From positions 1,380,001-1,412,000 of the forward strand of contig NC_000916.1 of the NCBI RefSeq assembly GCF_000008645.1: DNA of 32,000 bases, given 5' to 3'. The DNA is from Methanothermobacter thermautotrophicus str. Delta H. Lineage in GTDB: Archaea > Methanobacteriota > Methanobacteria > Methanobacteriales > Methanothermobacteraceae. The position numbers and the translations under genes are program-made. Shown piece after piece: positions 28,297 through 32,000 of the stretch. Positions within the stretch are counted from its first letter, which is position 1. Every line of letters starts with the position of its first letter. The notes beneath the pieces are model-generated. The model had not been told where the DNA came from, ran no database searches, and saw nothing but the letters and a program-made list of their open reading frames with translations.

Positions 28297-29598
28297 TCAG
28301 TCGAAGATCCTTGTATCTGCACTGTCAAGCCACTCGTTAACGATCTTGACCGCGCAGTATTCCCCACACATTGTACAGGTATCAGGGTCCTCAGGGGGCC
28401 TCTCATCCCTTATACGCCTGGCTTCAGCAGGGCACATCGCGGCATCGAACTGGGCCTCCCAGTTGAGCTTCTTACGGGCGTTGGCCATTTCGAGGTCCTT
28501 CTCCCCGTTGTGGATACCCTTGACCATGTCACCCACATAGGCACCTATCCTTGTTGCTATGACACCCTCCTTCACATCATCCGGGTATGGGAGGGCGAGG
28601 TGCTCCGCCGGTGTGACGTAGCATATGAAGTCTGCACCTGCAGCAGCTGATGCGGCAGCCCCTATGGATGACACTATGTGGTCATAACCGGCCCCTATAT
28701 CCGTGACTATGGGTCCCAGCATGTAGAATGGGGCTCCCCTGCAGAGTTTCTTCTGGAGTATCACATTGGCCTTTATCTCATTGAGGGGTATGTGGCCCGG
28801 GCCCTCAACGATGGTCTGGACACCGGCCTCCCTTGCCCTGTCAATTAGTTCACCGAGTACTATGAGCTCCTGTACCTGGGCCCTGTCGGTTGAGTCTGCG
28901 ATGGCACCGGCGCGCATGGCGTTGGCCATGGAGAGCACAAAGTCATGTTCCTTTGCAATCTCCAGTATGTAATCGAAGTTCTCATAGAGGGGGTTTTCCA
29001 GTCCATTCTCAACCATCCAGGCGGATACAAATGCGCCTCCCCTGCTCACAAGGCCACCCTCACGGCCCTGCCTTTTGAGCCTCCTCAGGGTTTCCCTGTT
29101 GACACTGCAGTGGATGGCCATGAAGTCTATACCATCCTTTGCCTGTTTCTCGATGGCCCTGAACATAACGTCTTCGTCCATGTATATGGAGGCTCCCTTT
29201 TCCCTTATGGTCTCAATGGCTGCCTGGTAGACAGGTACGCTTCCAACGGGTATGGGTGAGAGGTCAAGGATTCTTCTCCTTATCTCATCCAGGTCCCCGC
29301 CAACTGAGAGTTCCATGAGGGTGTCTGCCCTGTTTTCAATTGCAATGCGAGCCTTCTCCTCCTCCATATCAAAGTCGACGATGTCTGTGGATGTTCCTAT
29401 GGTGGCGTTGACCTTGGTCCTCAGACCTGCGCCTATACCGACAGCTGCAACCTCTTCACGGTTAAGGTTGCTTGGGATGGCTATTTTACCACTGGCAACT
29501 CCTCTTCTCACAAACTCTGGGGTGACGTTCTCTGCCTCCGCCACCGCTTTCATTTCATCTGTTATAACACCTTTTTTAGCTTCATCCATTTGAGTCAT
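28297..29598 (-). CDS. thiC: phosphomethylpyrimidine (HMP-P) synthase, radical SAM
   Basis: [46 protein letters not shown]-like, C-terminal [11 protein letters not shown] cluster motif. Confidence 0.97.
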   Translation of the reverse strand: MTQMDEAKKGVITDEMKAVAEAENVTPEFVRRGVASGKIAIPSNLNREEVAAVGIGAGLRTKVNATIGTSTDIVDFDMEEEKARIAIENRADTLMELSVGGDLDEIRRRILDLSPIPVGSVPVYQAAIETIREKGASIYMDEDVMFRAIEKQAKDGIDFMAIHCSVNRETLRRLKRQGREGGLVSRGGAFVSAWMVENGLENPLYENFDYILEIAKEHDFVLSMANAMRAGAIADSTDRAQVQELIVLGELIDRAREAGVQTIVEGPGHIPLNEIKANVILQKKLCRGAPFYMLGPIVTDIGAGYDHIVSSIGAAASAAAGADFICYVTPAEHLALPYPDDVKEGVIATRIGAYVGDMVKGIHNGEKDLEMANARKKLNWEAQFDAAMCPAEARRIRDERPPEDPDTCTMCGEYCAVKIVNEWLDSADTRIFD

Positions 29599-29695
29599 GT
29601 AATCACCCTTCTGGTTTGACCCTTAACCCGTGAGGGTATGATCTGGATCAGCGGAAATGAGATATATGGATATCATATTGATTGGTTCCATCCAG

Positions 29696-29862
29696 TTATA
29701 AAAACTACTGTTTCAGTCCCCGTTAATACTCTTAAGGAGTCTTTGATGTCTCCCCTAGTTGAGGGGCCACGGCTTGCTGCCTGCTACGCATTGTGTATCA
29801 TGTTTGTCAGAGTCTGGGGGGGCCCCATCATATCGGGGGTTCATAGCCCCACTGTGCAGTGA
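29696..29862 (+). promoter_or_regulatory. TATA box and Shine-Dalgarno ahead of a candidate small ORF (TATA 29697-29703, AAGGAG 29734-29739, ATG 29746, stop 29862)
   Basis: TTATAAAA, AAGGAG 6 nt before ATG; ORF MSPLVEGPRLAACYALCIMFVRVWGGPIISGVHSPTVQ*. Confidence 0.35.
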
Positions 29863-30757
29863 AGCGTTTCACGGCTTCTCCTGTGTCAGGGATGTTTGTC
29901 TGGGTACCCTCATCCTCTACTATGAATGATGCAACTGCAGATGCGAACCGCCCACAGGTTTTGAGGTCCGCGCCCCGGAGGTAGGCCCTCATGAAGCCTG
30001 CCCGGTAGGAGTCCCCGGCCCCTGTGGGGTCAACCGCCTCCCGGGGTATTGCGTCTATCTTTATCACATCATCGGAGTATATGATGCTCCCCTCTTTCCC
30101 GTAGGTCTTAACCACCACCCCAGGTCCCATCTCCCGGAGTCCATGGATATCCACCGACAGTTTGCTGCATATGCGATCTATTTCATGGTGGTTCCCAAAT
30201 AGTATGTCGCATACACCAACGGCCCTTTCAAGCTGGCTGCGGGAGTACATGTGGAGGTCCTGCCCCGGGTCAAAGCTTATTATCTTACCGAGGGACCTTG
30301 CAAATTCACCGCACCTGCAGTTGAAGGATGGGTCACCGGTTGCAAGGTGCACTGCACGGGCAGATTTTATGGCATCCGCAGGTGTCTCGGCGTCTTTGAA
30401 GTACCTTGCAGCGCCCCAGTAGAAGTAGCTTATCTGGTTGTGATCAGAATCGGTCATCACAAAGGCTGTTGGGGTGCTTTCGTCCGCCACCAGGATCATG
30501 GATTCAATATCTATACCACTTGACTCCAGGAGCTCCCTGTACTCTGAACCCTCAAAGTCGCCTCCAACCGCGGATACAAGGGATGTTCTAAGACCAAGCC
30601 TTGATCCCACCAGGGCGACATTTGCGGCTGCTCCCCCATGAAGGTTCCTCATGCGTTTTATGGCTGTTGATGTGTTTGGTTCTGGAAATTCATCCAGATG
30701 TATTATGTAATCGAAGGCGGTATGTCCAACAGCAAGAAGGTCTCTGTCTTCACTCAT
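29828..30757 (-). CDS. PfkB/ribokinase family sugar or nucleoside kinase
   Basis: NLHGGAAANVALVGSRLGL, DPTGAGDSYRAGFM signature; 309 aa. Confidence 0.93.
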   Translation of the reverse strand: MSEDRDLLAVGHTAFDYIIHLDEFPEPNTSTAIKRMRNLHGGAAANVALVGSRLGLRTSLVSAVGGDFEGSEYRELLESSGIDIESMILVADESTPTAFVMTDSDHNQISYFYWGAARYFKDAETPADAIKSARAVHLATGDPSFNCRCGEFARSLGKIISFDPGQDLHMYSRSQLERAVGVCDILFGNHHEIDRICSKLSVDIHGLREMGPGVVVKTYGKEGSIIYSDDVIKIDAIPREAVDPTGAGDSYRAGFMRAYLRGADLKTCGRFASAVASFIVEDEGTQTNIPDTGEAVKRFTAQWGYEPPI

Positions 30758-30774
30758 ATGATCACCTGAAAAAT

Positions 30775-30951
30775 ATGGGGTTAATTCTGTTGGGGTTGGT
30801 TTATAATGTGATTGGATTATTCGTTATAGATGGATTGGGCCTGGTTCTGTTGAGCATCCTTTATTGGGTGGGACTTTATACTTTGAGGCGGATTAAGGTG
30901 ATTTTTATAAAATGTGGTCCTCAAATTTCATGCAGGGAACTGATCCCATAA
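30775..30951 (+). CDS. candidate small two-helix membrane protein (58 aa)
   Basis: ATG 30775; MGLILLGLVYNVIGLFVIDGLGLVLLSILYWVGLYTLRRIKVIFIKCGPQISCRELIP; almost fills the intergenic gap. Confidence 0.4.
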   Translation: MGLILLGLVYNVIGLFVIDGLGLVLLSILYWVGLYTLRRIKVIFIKCGPQISCRELIP

Positions 30952-30976
30952 ATGGTTTTTCAGCGGGTTTTCATGC

Positions 30977-31852
30977 TCAGTGAAGCGGCTCAAAGCCGGA
31001 TTCAGCAACCAGGGCCTGGCCCTCACCGGTGATGAACTCAATCAGTTCATCGACCCACTCTCTATCACGGCACCTCACTGCACTTATAACGTGCCTTGTC
31101 TCGTCCCTCAGGATGTCGGAGCCGCTGAACTGACTCGCACTTAAGAACGTAAGCAGCTCCGGGTCATTCATGACAATTCTGTGGGCATGATATGGGGATC
31201 TCACCTCCCTGACAACCTCAAATTCCACACCAGCCTCTGAGAGGACCTCCCATGCCAGCCTCTGGGCAGAACCCGAAACCCCCACAAAGCAGGAGCCGTC
31301 AAGGTCCCTGATATCACTGATACCCCTGCCAACAAGGACCAGGTGGTCATAGGCGACAGGAACAAAATCCAGGTCCCTCCGGTATGCCTGGAGGGGATCA
31401 TCCAGGAATACGGCATCAAGCATGCTCCTCTCTGCAAGATGGAATGAATCCTCATCACAGCATGAAAACAGGGATGCTGACACACCCAGACCCTCAATGG
31501 CGGCCTCTACAAGGTTTGAGGATATGTAACCAGCAGCTATCATCAGTGGCCCTGAACCCTCCAGTATTTTAATCTGTCGCAGGTAGGCTCCCAGGATCTC
31601 CATGGCCTCCGGTGTGAGTTCTGATCCAGCCCCACTGCTTCTCACCAGTTTCACACCAAGGAGGGACTCGGCCCTGAGCACCCTCCTGTTGAGCACCTGT
31701 GGTGATACCCCGAGAACCCTGGCGGCCCTTCTCTGTGAGAAGGTCTCTCCTATAACCCTGAGGGTCTCAAAGAACCTGTGATCAAATCTGTGCCCATTGA
31801 TTTCCATTCCAGGGAGGGGCTTCATATCCATATTGACACCTTTCTTGAGCAC
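30977..31852 (-). CDS. LysR/ModE-like HTH transcriptional regulator with substrate-binding-protein-like C-terminal domain
   Basis: HTH FFETLRVIGETFSQRRAARVLGVSPQVLNRRVLRAESLLGVKLVRS; C-terminal region resembles a periplasmic-binding-type effector domain. Confidence 0.8.
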   Translation of the reverse strand: MLKKGVNMDMKPLPGMEINGHRFDHRFFETLRVIGETFSQRRAARVLGVSPQVLNRRVLRAESLLGVKLVRSSGAGSELTPEAMEILGAYLRQIKILEGSGPLMIAAGYISSNLVEAAIEGLGVSASLFSCCDEDSFHLAERSMLDAVFLDDPLQAYRRDLDFVPVAYDHLVLVGRGISDIRDLDGSCFVGVSGSAQRLAWEVLSEAGVEFEVVREVRSPYHAHRIVMNDPELLTFLSASQFSGSDILRDETRHVISAVRCRDREWVDELIEFITGEGQALVAESGFEPLH

Positions 31853-32000
31853 CTATGGTGTTTCTGTGGTTTCAGGGTTTCATAATCAACCGGACCATAT
31901 TCCAGGCCCTTTACCGTGGCCAGGTTTTCTCAGATCCTTCTTCAGTCATGGGTTTCAGGGGTAGCCCGGGGTTCTATGGGTTCAGCACATTTTATGATCA

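Noticed and set aside
29711-29722. GTTTCAGTCCCCG-like string resembling the edge of a CRISPR repeat
   Set aside because: Single occurrence with no spaced repeats anywhere in the window.
29599-29827. Possible TPP riboswitch ahead of thiC
   Set aside because: The minus-strand leader lacks the conserved CTGAGA/ACCTGAT...GCCAGCG-like core. A vaguely similar GATCTGGATCAGCGG lies on the wrong strand.
1-32000. Mobile element, phage or defence island
   Set aside because: No transposase, integrase, restriction, toxin-antitoxin or Cas-like protein; gene content is housekeeping and methanogen-specific metabolism.

Overview
The window is ordinary, densely packed chromosomal DNA from a methanogenic archaeon. 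It is almost certainly Methanothermobacter, judged from remembered protein families and gene order, not from a search. On the + strand up to about 24.8 kb the supported genes are: an MthK-type RCK potassium channel, CfbD (coenzyme F430 synthesis), a sugar-nucleotidyltransferase/cupin fusion, HisH, an AIR-synthase-like protein, tRNA-Arg(GCG), a coenzyme F390 synthetase/PaaK-like ligase, TruD, the AcnX swivel/small subunit (phosphomevalonate dehydratase), an amidohydrolase, a two-HMA copper P-type ATPase, SecG/Sec61-beta (missing from the ORF track), PurB, an internally repeated membrane protein and NrdD. Minus-strand genes are SfsA, a class III signal-peptide pilin-like protein, PolD large subunit (DP2), and the run PfkB kinase, ThiC, class I LysRS and a tightly coupled uncharacterised pair. 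A LysR/ModE-like regulator closes the window. There is no CRISPR array, integrase, transposase or obvious prophage. The best leads are: (1) the pair at 25006-26623, a CGSC-motif protein (Cys form of the UGSC selenoprotein family) next to a conserved protein of unknown function, translationally coupled behind lysS; (2) a candidate structured ncRNA at about 7735-7805 with its own TATA box and T-run; (3) several local duplications at gene starts or ends (1/735, 7790/7840, 9345/9398, 12166/12232); (4) small ORFs with expression signals in the intergenic regions. No genuinely new large system is claimed.
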